64,000 nt of DNA from Phyllobates terribilis (Eukaryota). Below the pieces are notes generated by a model, which saw nothing but the letters and a program-made list of their open reading frames with translations, did not search any database and had not been told where the DNA came from. The DNA lies in assembly GCF_046119375.1 (NCBI RefSeq), contig NW_027362767.1:260648001-260712000 (forward strand). The letters run 5' to 3'. The translations under genes and the position numbers were made by a program. Of the stretch, positions 22,030 through 45,824 are shown in pieces (the stretch's first letter is position 1; every line of letters starts with the position of its first letter).

Positions 22030-24510
22030 AACCAGATTAGATACACGGCTCAGTATACAGTATCACACAGGATAGGATTTGATACACGGCCCAGCACACA
22101 GTATCACACAGGCTAGGATTAGATACATAGCTCAGCAGACAGTATCACACAGGATAGGATTAGATACATGGCTCAGCACACAGTATCACACAGGATAGGA
22201 TTAGATACACAGCTCAGCAGACAGTATCACACAGGATAGGATTAGATACACAGCTCAGCAGACAGTATCACACAGGATAGGATTAGATACACAGCTCAGC
22301 AGACAGTATCACACAGGATAGGATTAGATACACAGCTCAGCAGACAGTATCACACAGGATAGGATTAGATACACGGCTCAGCAGACAGTATCACACAGGA
22401 GAGGATTAGATACACAGCTCAGCAGACAGTATCACACAGGAGAGGATTAGATACACGGCCCAGCAGACAGTATCACACAAGATAGGATTAGATACACGGC
22501 TCAGCAGACAGTATCACACAGGATAGGATTAGATACACGGCTCAGCACACAGTATCACACAGGATAGGATTAGATACACAGCTCAGCAGACAGTATCACA
22601 CAGGATAGGATTAGATACACGGCTCAGCACACAGTATCACACAGGATAGTATTAGATACACGGCTCAGCACACAGTATCACACAGGATAGGATTAGATAC
22701 ACGGCTCAGCAGACAGTATCACACAGGATAGGATTAGATACACAGCTCAGCAGACAGTATCACCCAGGATAGGATTAGATACACAGCTCAGCAGACAGTA
22801 TCACACAGGATAGGATTAGATACACGGCTCAGCAGACAGTATAACACAGGATAGGATTAGATACATGGCTCAGCACACAGTATCACACAGGATAGGATTA
22901 GATACACGGCTCAGCAGACAGTATCACCCAGGATAGGATTAGATACACGGCTCAGCACACAGTATCACACAGGATAGGATTAGATACACAGCTCAGCAGA
23001 CAGTATCACACAGGATAGGATTAGATACACGGCTCAGCAGACAGTATCACACAGGATAGGATTAGATACACAGCTCAGCAGACAGTATCACACAGGATAG
23101 GATTAGATACATGGCTCAGCAGACAGTATCATACAGGATAAGATTAGATACATGGCTCAGCAGACAGTATCATACAGGATAAGATTAGATACATGGCTCA
23201 GCAGACAGTATCATACAGGATAAGATTAGATACACGGCTCAGCAGACAGTATCACACAGGATAGGATTAGATACACATCTCAGTAGACAGTATCACAGGA
23301 TAGGATTAGATACACGGCTCAGCAGACAGTATCACACAGGATAGGATTAGATACACGGCTCAGCAGACAGTATCACACAGGATAGGATTAGATACACAGC
23401 TCAGCAGACAGTATCACACAGGATAGGATTAGATACACGGCTCAGCAGACAGTATCACACAGGATAGGATTAGATACACGGCCCAGCAGACAGTATCACA
23501 CAGGATAGGATTAGATACACGGCTCAGCAGACAGTATCACACAGGATAGGATTAGATACACGGCTCAGCAGACAGTATCACACAGGATAGGATTAGATAC
23601 ACGGCTCAGTAGACAGTATCACAGGATAGGATTAGATACACGGCTCAGCAGACAGTATCACACAGGATAGGATTAGATACACGGCTCAGCAGACAGTATC
23701 ATACAGGATAAGATTAGATACACGGCTCAGAAGACAGTATCACACAGGATAAGATTAGATACATGGCTCAGCAGGCAGTATCACACAGGATAGGATTAGA
23801 TACACAGCTCAGCAGACAGTATTACACAGGATAGGATTAGATACACAGCTCAGCAGACAGTATCACACAGGATAAGATTAGATACACGGCTCAGAAGACA
23901 GTATCACACAGGATAAGATTAGATACATGGCTCAGCAGGCAGTATCACACAGGATAGGATTAGATACACAGCTCAGCAGACAGTATTACACAGGATAGGA
24001 TTAGATACACAGCTCAGCAGACAGTATCACACAGGATAGGATTAGATACACGGCTCAGCACACAGTATCACACAGGATAGGATTAGATACACAGCTCAGC
24101 AGACAGTATTACACAGGATAGGATTAGATACACAGCTCAGCAGACAGTATCACACAGGATAAGATTAGATACACGGCTCAGCACACAGTATCACACAGGA
24201 TAGGATTAGATACACAGCTCAGCAGACAGTATTACACAGGATAGGATTAGATACACAGCTCAGCAGACAGTATCACACAGGATAAGATTAGATACACGGC
24301 TCAGCAGGCAGTATCACACAGGATAGGATTAGATACACAGCTCAGCAGACAGTATCACACAGGACAGGATTAGATACACGGCTCAGCAGACAGTATCACA
24401 CAGGATAGGATTAAATACACACCTCCTCAGACAGTATCACACATTAGTTTAGATACACGGCTCAGCAGACAGCTTCACACATAAGATTAGATACACGGCT
24501 CAGCACAAAA
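22030..24510. repeat. 41-bp minisatellite (GGCTCAGCAGACAGTATCACACAGGATAGGATTAGATACAC)n, ~60 copies
   Basis: Period measured between TTAGATACAC at 22201 and 22242. Confidence 0.97.
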
Positions 24511-24941
24511 CTGTCTGGAAAAGTTATTTTATTATGAAGCTGATTACATGATGGGGGTTGTAGTGCGGTGCCAGGTGCGCTCTCTGCTCCCCCCGTCCGG
24601 ATACAGTATATAATATTCATCTAGTCAGACATCATGGAGGGATTACACGACAGCCTCCCAGCGCAGGTTAGTCTGTATAGAAACGAATACAATGACATGT
24701 GATCTCCTGTTACATTGTTAATGATCAGTAACCGAGAGCCGCGGGTAGAAGATCCGCAGAACCACAGCGCAACCTCAAAAGTGCGACTGAGGGGCGAGGA
24801 GGAGATGGGGAGAAGTTCTGGAGAACTTTGTAACGGGCCCTGAGCGTGTGCTCCACGATGATGAACCTTAGTGCATAATTATCTCCTCCAGATATGAGGA
24901 CCGACCTTCAGATATAGCCAATAGTTCTCATTGTCAGCATC

Positions 24942-25520
24942 ATGTCAGCGGAGGCTGAGAGTGATACTTCTGATGTCCTGCGTTGTACAGTATGCCTGGA
25001 GGACTACCGACCCTATGGACCCCTGAAGCCTCGGATCTTGCCCGTGTGTCTCCACACATTCTGTGAGGGCTGCCTGGAAAGATTAGGGGTGGACAACGCC
25101 TACAGCATCTCCTGCCCAATCTGCCGAGTGTTCAACGATGTCTTCGGAAAGGATGGCATCCAGGCGCTGCCCATCAACACTAGGGTGCCCTACTTTGAGA
25201 CCATAGAAGAGGAGATGGAAGAATCAGATATCCTGTCCTTCATTGACCCGTCTATCCTGTCTTGTCCCATGTGCGGCAGTATAACCCTCTTTGCCCCTTT
25301 TGGTTTGGAGGCTGATATAACCCAATGCCATACTTGTCAGTGGGTGAGTGTGGAGGTCATGGAGTTTGAGAAGACTGTCCGACCTGCTCCAGACACCATG
25401 GTCATCCAGATTGACAGAAATGGACCAAGGGCTAAGTCTGGGCCTCCATCCCAGAATTGTGTCTCTGAGGCTCGAAAAAGGAAGACTCTGGTGGGAAGAC
25501 TTATGGGCTACTTGAGGTGA
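24942..25520 (+). CDS. RING-HC (C3HC4) protein, 192 aa, RNF208/RNF224-like, with a second CxxC...CxxC motif
   Basis: CTVC..PRILPVCLHTFCEGC..ISCPICR..GIQALPIN, then CPMC..CHTC. An acceptor ATCTCCTCCAG lies at 24890. Confidence 0.8.
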   Translation: MSAEAESDTSDVLRCTVCLEDYRPYGPLKPRILPVCLHTFCEGCLERLGVDNAYSISCPICRVFNDVFGKDGIQALPINTRVPYFETIEEEMEESDILSFIDPSILSCPMCGSITLFAPFGLEADITQCHTCQWVSVEVMEFEKTVRPAPDTMVIQIDRNGPRAKSGPPSQNCVSEARKRKTLVGRLMGYLR

Positions 25521-27073
25521 GTCATATCACGTGGCAGGTTCATTAGGCTTGACTTATTTATGACTGGAGATCTACTGTAGTATACGATGACTCAAGCCCT
25601 AGAGTGGCATGGAGTGTACCCACACATTCACCCAGTATCGCAGCCCCCGGCCTAAGCAGATGGACTATAGCCTTCATATGGAGGCTGCAGCCCAACGCCA
25701 CTCATCCTACTACATCAAGCCCGGACTACCCGAAGTATGGTAGTATGACAGAGGCTCCTTCCCTCCTTTACTTCACAGCACCATAACCATGTAAATTTTG
25801 TGTAATATGTTGTAATTAAGCAGTACAATTTGGGTAAAGTTTTACTATTATGTCTTTCAATCTAGAAAATTTTGGTAAAATTTTACATTGTCTTTCAAGT
25901 TAGAACATTTCAGTAATTACTACTACATCTTTTAAACTAGAAACTGTTGGTCAAGTTTGACCTCATCTTTCAAGCTAGAAGATTTTGGTAAATTTTAGAT
26001 AACGGCAGACGTAAATAACTGGGCTTATACTTTTGTTTACTTACATTTTATTATTCAGGAAACGGTTTTCGCACCGCTAACATGCACCTCCCTTCCCGGC
26101 GGGATGAAGATGGAAATTACGTGGAAGACAGAAATTGAAAGAACTCATCTTCTGGCTCCGATGTGATTGTATCTGGTCACCACAAAAAGAGTTCCTGATA
26201 AATATTGGACACTGTCGTCGTTATCCTAAGCACCATTCCATCTACCAGCCACTACCTTTTTATATATAATTTTTTTTTTTAGAAAAAAGCAAAGCTTTCC
26301 CATTCTTAGCTAGACCAAAAAGATCCATGTGGTGGAAATTCTCCAACAGGTTTCAAAATTTGCCCCTTACAAGGTAACGCCAACCTTACAGGGCTAGCAT
26401 GAGCCATTACTTAATGATTGCTGGAGGGTGGACCTCTGGGACCCAATTGATCGTGAGAATAAAGGAGCCGCCGTGCCCATTAACAGTCTAATCTCCACAG
26501 ATGCAGTGGAAAAAGAAGCATTCATGGCCTCTTCGTTCTCAGGACCCCAGAGGTCGGAACCTGGTTAGTGATCAAGTGATGGCCTCCACTAGTCCCCCCT
26601 TTTTACTAGCTCTTACTTTTAGCTACATTTTGCCATGTTGTGACATGACATCACAGCCCCTGTCCCTCCTTAACAGTACTGGCTTGGAAAATGCACATGA
26701 TCTGAATAATTAAATGATACAGCCACTAAAATATTTTTGTCTTTCTTGGCTGACAACTGGTAATCTTCTTTGCCTTGTGTATACCGCTGTTGTCTAGGGA
26801 TCTCCTCCTGGATGCTTCCTGTAGATGATGTACGGCTATTCCCCCACAAAAAAATCTCTTTCCTTTCCTGCAGTCAGCTGACGTTAGCACAGCGCCTGTG
26901 ACATGCATGCTGCTGCACAGAGCACAGCCCGTCTCCTCTCCTGGGCCTTACACATCATCTGTACAATTACATAGCACATTAACTCCAATACACATACAGC
27001 AAGAGCATAAAGCATCTCCCCTAGGCTGAGGTGGCTGATAATAGAGAAATAGCCCACATGAAACCAAGTAGAC

Positions 27074-28721
27074 ATTATTATTATTATTATTTATTTATAT
27101 AGCACCATTGATTCCATGGCACTGTACATAAGAAGGAGATACATACCAAATACAGATATCACTGACAGTAAATGAACGAACAATGATAGACTGGTACAGA
27201 GGGAAGAGGACCCTGCCCTTGTGGGCTTACATCGTACTGGATAGTGGGGAAGGAGACAGTAGGTTGGGGGTTTGCAGTAGCTCCGGTGATGTTGAGGAGG
27301 CAGCGAAGTCATGGCAGGCTGTAAGCTTGTGGCGGATAATCGGACTTGTTGAGGCACAGAATTCCAGAGGATGCGGGATATTCGGGAGAAGTCTTGGAGG
27401 CGATTGGGTGAGTAACGAATAAGTGTGGAGGAGAGAAGGAGGTCTTGGGAGGACCGGAGATTACGTGAGGGAATATATCGGGAAATTAGTCCAGAGATGT
27501 ACGGAGGAGAGAGGTTATGGATGATTTTGTAGGTCAGTGTTAGTAGTTTGAACTGGATACGCTGGGCAATTGGGAGCCAATGAAGGGATTTGCAAAGGGG
27601 GTGAGCAGAGGAGTAGCGACGCGAGAGGTGAACTAGTGGCGCAGCAGAGTTAAGGATGGACTGGAGGGGTGCGAGAGTGTTAGCAGGTAGGCCACAGAGG
27701 AGGATGTTGCAATAGTTGAGGCGGGAGATGATGAGGGCATGCACAAGCAGTTTAGTAGATTGAGGGTCGAGGAAAGGACGAATTCTGGAAATATTTTTGA
27801 GCTGGAGGCGACAGGAGGTGGCGAGGGCTTGGATGTGGGGTTTGCAGGACAGGGCAGAGTCAAGGGTTACTCCGAGGCAGTGGATTTCCGGTACAGGGGT
27901 GTGATGTAATTTATTGTGATAGAAAGATCAGGTGGGGAGGATACGAGAGATGGCGGAAAGATAAGGAGTTCAGATTTGTCCACATTGAGCTTGAGGAAGG
28001 GAGAGAAGAAGGAGGGTATGGCTGAGAGACACTCTGGGATTCTGGACAGCAGAGAGGTGACATCTGGGCCAAAAAGGTAGATCTGGGTGTCTTCAGCGTA
28101 CAGATGGTACTGGAAGCAATGAGACTTTATGAGCTGTCCTAGGCCAAGGGTATAGATTGAGAAGAGTAGGGGTCCTAGGATAGAGTCTTGAGGGACTCCA
28201 ACAGACAGAGGGCGGGATGATGAGGTAGTGTGGGAGTGGGAGACGCTAAATGTGGGGTTGGAAAGGTATGAGGAGATCCAGGATAGGGCAAGGTCTTTGA
28301 CACCAAAGGAAGAGAGGATCTGTAGTAGGAGGCAGTGGTCAACTGTGTTGAAGGCAGAGAACAGGTCAAGAAGAAGAAGTACAAACAATTGTCTGTTAGT
28401 TTTGGCTGTAAGGAAGTCATTAGTAATTTCGGTCAGGGCAGAAGACAGATTGTCGAAGAGAGCGTTAGATGAGAAGTGGGAGTAAAGTTCAGCGTGAACG
28501 TGTTGCTTAAGGAGTTTGGAAGCGAATGGGAACAGCGATGTGGGGCGATAGCTGGACATAGCGGTTGGGTCGAGGGATGACTTTTTGAGGATAGGCGTGA
28601 TTGTGGCATGTTTGAAAGCAGAAGGGAAGATACCAGAAGTTAGTGACATTACACAATACGTAGAGTTATAAGCCAGCTGCATGAAGGGGGTCACCTTGGG
28701 TAATGTGGTGACACAGTGCAT
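27074..28721 (-). mobile_element. 5'-truncated, decayed L2 LINE (RT domain + 3' UTR + (AAT)n tail)
   Basis: Motifs LLDLFSAFNTVDH, GVPQDSILGPLLFSIY, LYAEDTQIY, ISRLNYCN and LHWLPI, with frameshifts. (ATT)n at 27074. Confidence 0.92.
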
Positions 28722-29521
28722 GGCCGATAAGCTTGTTATAGTCAGAGAAGAAATCAGATTAGCTCTGATTTAAAGGATTACTCCGCCTGAGCGACTGCGC
28801 ACTCACAGTATACTCAATATTACACACACCTATACAATATATATTCTCTTCTCTTTTTTGCAGCTGCCCTGGCTGTACTTGGAAGACGGTGGTAGTTCAT
28901 GTTGCCTTGTATCACATGATTTCCTGTCTGGGCCATCACTATTGATCACATGTAAGTGCAGAAGGTTCTTGCTGCTAAAACTAAACATTGAAGCTCCCCC
29001 TAGTGGTGGCAACAGGTATCCAGTGATTTACCTTATAACTAATGAAGTGTGAAGGGAAGCAGGGGATTTGGAGCTCTGTATCAGAAACATGAAGCTTCAA
29101 AGTAATGTTAATCCACTCAACTTTTTTTATTTTTAAAGGGGTATTCTGATTTGATAAAAGTGATGATTATTGCTACCAAATGCCACCAATTTATGATCTG
29201 TGGGACACCGGAATCTGAAAACCAAAGGCCACAGCGCAGATTCAGCACTGAATCCTCTTTGCGCTCCTGCTAAAATAGAGATAGGACCCCCAACGATCAC
29301 AAAGTAATGGCAAATCCCATGCCCAGAATACCCGTTTAAGCTGACACCATTACCTACAAACCTTAGGATGCTTCTTGGTATATAAATCCTGAAATTGTTA
29401 AAAATGTTGCATGGTGGTGCATAGAATAAAGCTGTCCTGAGGGTGGACAACCACTTGCAGACTAGTGTTTTTGGTTATCTGGCACATGGGTTATACCAGG
29501 AAGCCTAGCACTCATGGAAAT

Positions 29522-29744
29522 GCAATAAAGGGAGACACCAGCTCACCTGTGCGCTAGCGCCCTGAAGCACGGAACATGAGGAACCACTTCGTAAGGCAAA
29601 CGTGCAAAAAAAAAAAAAGGAGGAGTTCCAGCTACAAGTAAGTCCAAAAATTCTTCTTTATTGAAATAAAAACAGATACCAAAAGCACATTTCAATAAAG
29701 AAGAATTTTTGGACTTACCTGTAGCTGGAACTCCTCCTTTTTTT
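29522..29744. mobile_element. 223-bp PLE-tail-derived insertion with 14-bp TSD and internal hairpin
   Basis: GCACTCATGGAAAT at 29508-29521 and 29745-29758. Inverted arms at 29603-29667 and 29689-29747. Confidence 0.75.
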
Positions 29745-29803
29745 GCACTCATGGAAATACCGCCGATTGCTTCCATCTCATCCATTTACATCGTGGCTTT
29801 GTC

Positions 29804-30793
29804 TTACTTCCCCAAAACAATCATTAAAATAAAGATGAGAATCGGCAGAAACAGGAACGTAAAGCAGAAAAACTCAGCAAAAAGCAAAATCACCAAAGCA
29901 AAAAGATACAAGCATCGGCAGCGATGCTCCAGCCAGGTCAACCTGCTCATTAACCTGTGCGGATTACGGATACAGGGCGGGAAGAGGAAAAGTCGCCCGG
30001 TTTGGATACGCGAGTGGAATCTGTATTCCAGTGCCCCACAAAGTCCAGGTCTCCTGACCAGTGGCTGTGGTGGGACATAGTCCTGCTGAGCGCAGACACC
30101 TCCGCTTTCCATCATCTGCTCCTGCATCTTACGGACCTCCCATTCCAACATGGGTGTCGTCTGCCGACAGATGGGGCAGGTTACCCGGCAGAGGTTGGCA
30201 CGGTTGGCCGTGTGGACCATGGTTTTGATACAGTTATCACAGAACACATGGTTACAGTTGAGTAAAGACTGCTTGTGCTTGGTAGTATCATATAGCTCAG
30301 TGCATATGAGACACTCCTGACGGTCCTCCTCTAGAAGTTGGGAGGACTCTTCGGGCTTCTTAGCCTCGTTTCCTTGCAGGTCTTCATCATCTCTGAGTTG
30401 AGATCCAGAAGAAGTTTTTGGCAAATCATAAAGCAAGTCAGCCCCATGATTGTCCATTGGTCCAAACTGGGGACTTACATCTCCAGTGATGGCTACACAT
30501 GAGGCGCAAGGGTCAACGCTTAGAGGTTCTATGTCTATCTTACAAGAACCACTAGTAAGTTCTCGCTCGTTGACAACTGGTGGTCCCTCACAAGTTCTAG
30601 GAAGAGGACAGCCCCCTATATGAAGGTTTTCCATGACCTCGGAGCTTTGATCTGCTGTCTTTTTGGCCAGCTTGGTACTATGGACATCACCACAGGTCAC
30701 TACCAGTTTGGTCATTTTCGCAGAGTCCTGAGGTGAAGATCTTGCTTCCTCTGCTATGGTCGGGTCTCCACATTCAGCTCTTGGCTCATCCAT
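29804..30793 (-). CDS. RING-HC protein, 329 aa, with a low-complexity N-terminus and a C-terminal hydrophobic (TM) tail (RNF183/186/222-like architecture)
   Basis: CLIC..LLNCNHVFCDNC..VTCPICR. The C-terminus is LYLFALVILLFAEFFCFTFLFLPILIFILMIVLGK. Confidence 0.85.
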   Translation of the reverse strand: MDEPRAECGDPTIAEEARSSPQDSAKMTKLVVTCGDVHSTKLAKKTADQSSEVMENLHIGGCPLPRTCEGPPVVNERELTSGSCKIDIEPLSVDPCASCVAITGDVSPQFGPMDNHGADLLYDLPKTSSGSQLRDDEDLQGNEAKKPEESSQLLEEDRQECLICTELYDTTKHKQSLLNCNHVFCDNCIKTMVHTANRANLCRVTCPICRQTTPMLEWEVRKMQEQMMESGGVCAQQDYVPPQPLVRRPGLCGALEYRFHSRIQTGRLFLFPPCIRNPHRLMSRLTWLEHRCRCLYLFALVILLFAEFFCFTFLFLPILIFILMIVLGK

Positions 30794-33345
30794 CCCTCAG
30801 AACAATGGAGCTCATTGTAGGACCCAGGCCTGGTTCTTCATGATGGGACCTGCACACATAATGTCAATTAAATGGGTTATACAGACAAGTGTGCAGCTGC
30901 TGTACATCTCAGGCAGACGCTTATCTCTGTATTTAACATTCCTGATCCCCCCCCCCACCACCACCAGCCTCGTCAGTTGGGGAGAAGTCGGAAGACCCCC
31001 ATAAACATTATATGGCCAACAGGTTCATCTGACTTTTATCTGTATGGGAACTTTTAGGTCTATCTGCATCTAGGAAAGCTGGGTGATATCTATCGAAAAA
31101 CGGCCAAGCTCACCAGTAGCTTTCATCCAGCTTTCCCAAACTCCTGAATGGCAATTTTCCCAGTTATGCAGTTCAAACCCCTGCAATGCTCAAATCCGAT
31201 TTGCCTTAAAAGACAGAGGGAAAGGTGACAACCCTCTATACTGGCAGCCATATTGGATGTCTCCAGAATTTAGAGGAAGCAAATTGATCAATGCTGTACT
31301 GTCGACAACCCAGCTTTCCCAGAAACAGATTTGTACAAACCAAAGCTTCATTTCAACCCGTCTCATGCCATCCTTAAAATGCATCCTTCGGGAGGGTCTG
31401 ACCTTCTTACAGAGACCCCGCCGGTGTAGAAAGTCTTCTACACACCCCATTCCCAATCCTTAGGTCTTACCTTTTCAGAGATTTTCCAGAACCCGCATGT
31501 CTTCCCCCAATCTGCAAGGTCCCTGTTATGGCTGAGCCCAGACCCTGCTCTGCCCTCCTCCCTCCCAGTACTGACAGCAAACTGGAGGAACTGGTCTGTC
31601 CAGATTTATCACCAACCAATAACAGCAAGGAACAAAACCTGAGATAAGAGCCTGACAGAAGGGGCAGGAGGTGGGGACATGCCCAGGTGGTGTGGGAGGT
31701 CTGAAAGTCAGACACCGGGGGTCTACTGCAGGCGACCCCCTGATGGGGAAGGCTATTTGATGCATTTTGGGGGTACTTTATATCATCTTTGCAATTTATA
31801 TGTAGAGAAAAATAGCAAATTGCTGCAAATTCTTGAAAGGTAGAAGATCCCGGAACAGTCCCCTTTACTAAAGCGTTCTAGGCTTCAGCACCCTGTGGCA
31901 TGCCAGCTGTGAAACTACAGCTCCCAGCATGCCTTGACAGGCAAAGGTACCCGCCCTAGCATCTTCCAGAGCTGAGGAACAGGATGTATGAGGGAGGGGT
32001 CCCAATTATCCCCTATTATATGGATATTAGATTGGCCATTGCAGTCCCCAATACTCAGCCCAGGAACCAGGGAAGCACCAGACAATAGCAGGGACAGCGT
32101 TTTGGGAGCCTCATTTTCATGCACCCCAACCTCCTCCTGCATCTCACATTGCATCTCCTGTATTCATTACCTGCCTATTGTCTCTCAGGGTATAGAAATA
32201 GGAAACTGCTTCACTCCTGTATCTACCACCCACGTGTGGAGTCCAATCCTGTGTGTGCACTGTCTCTTTAAGAAGTACAGCTGCAGATTCGGAAATCACA
32301 CTGCGGCTCATTCTACTGTATTCAGCCTGTAATGGCTGACAACAGAGGACAATAGACTGACCAGCTGCACAGACAGGTTTAGTGTCTTCCTAGGTACCTG
32401 GTGGAAACATGTTTTACATTGGGCGAGACTGAACCAGAAGTGCGAGGCCGAAGCCGGTTCTCACCTGTACTAAGCGGCAGGAATATCCACCCTGCTCTGC
32501 TCGCGGGGTGAGGGGTTGTTTTTGGAAATTACAAGTAAAGATAGTAACACAAACCACGAAGATCTAAGGGAGAAAGATTGTAAAATACTGTGACGACACT
32601 GCAAACAGCACCCAATAGCTCAGCTTCCAGGAACCTGAGGAGCTTTAGAAGGGGTGTCCTCAAATGTAACTTGTCCCCAACCTATGGAATAGGGGATAGC
32701 ATTGAGATCACTGGGGGTCCGACCGCCGTGGCCCCCACGGTCCTGAGAACCAGCCGCGTCAGTAGCACATTTTTTGCCCTGTTGTGGAAGTGAGAGACGC
32801 TGGATAAACCCTTTAACTCTGAAAACATGTTAGTCTTCACACAAAGTGACTTTGAAATAATAAAGTAATTTAATATCACATATATACATATATAGATGCA
32901 CGCCGTTCAGTGGTCCGTACAGGATTAGATATAAATGGCCGCTTTCATACCGGTCCAATTCTCCTCCATAGACATAATAAGAAAATCTTCCCTGCCTGCA
33001 GCCGCCACTAGGGGGGGCTCCCTGCACACATTTACATCCCTGAGCTCCCTCTAGTGGTGACTACAGGCAGCTGAAATTTTACCATTCAATTATTGTGGCC
33101 CGACAGTGACTATGAAGCGCAAGCTCGACTGTCCGATATTATACACTTCTACAGTGCAAAAATAATAACGCCCTGCAGTAATGATCATAAAAAGGAAACC
33201 GCCTCTGATGACGCTACTCATCCTGTAGGAGAGGACTGCACCCCGAGTATGGCACAGAGTGGACCTTTCTCCAGCAGGATGTATGTAGCGGGGGAGTCCC
33301 GGACTCTTTGAGGGTTCACAGCTCAGATCACCGGGTGTCCGTAGT

Positions 33346-45519
<12,174 letters not shown>

Positions 45520-45521
<2 letters not shown>

Positions 45522-45670
45522 TCTTACAACTAAACGACAGTGACTTCGCCCCGCCCCCTCCCGCTGACGTCACCTCAACGCGCCGACTAATGACATCACT
45601 GGACAGTGATGGCGGAAGTGCGAGAGGAGGGTGAAGCGGTTGCACCGGGGCTTGGTGAGAGCGGAAATAT
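45520..45670. promoter_or_regulatory. Bidirectional CpG promoter of NDOR1 / TMEM203
   Basis: GC box CCCCGCCCC (~45549), CRE TGACGTCA (45566), TGACATCA (45591) and ETS GCGGAAGTG (45612). The head-to-head arrangement is as known in mammals. Confidence 0.75.
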
Positions 45671-45824
45671 CCCACAATGTAACGACATCTCCGGTAACGT
45701 TCTGCGGTCTGTGACACCGCAGCTGCAGCCAGACTGTATCGTGTGACCGATTTATAGAAGACTTGCAGTCTGGTTGTGTGAGATATGACTCATTGCCAAA
45801 TATAGACCTAAGTGCAAGACCCAG

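Noticed and set aside
22030-24510. CRISPR-like regular repeat array
   Set aside because: Units are head-to-tail with no unique spacers, the context is eukaryotic and there are no cas genes.
24942-25520. Naming this gene RNF208, or 29804-30793 RNF224
   Set aside because: Position and RING signature are suggestive, but the flanking regions do not match what I recall of those proteins, so the symbols are left blank.
26058-26140. Possible small exon after TTATTCAG
   Set aside because: All three frames close quickly and none resembles LGI2 exon 4 or any protein I recognise.
29559-29597. Fourth functional hammerhead
   Set aside because: The core is degenerate (CUGAAGC, GGAAC) and stems II and III do not pair convincingly. 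Treated as a possible remnant only.
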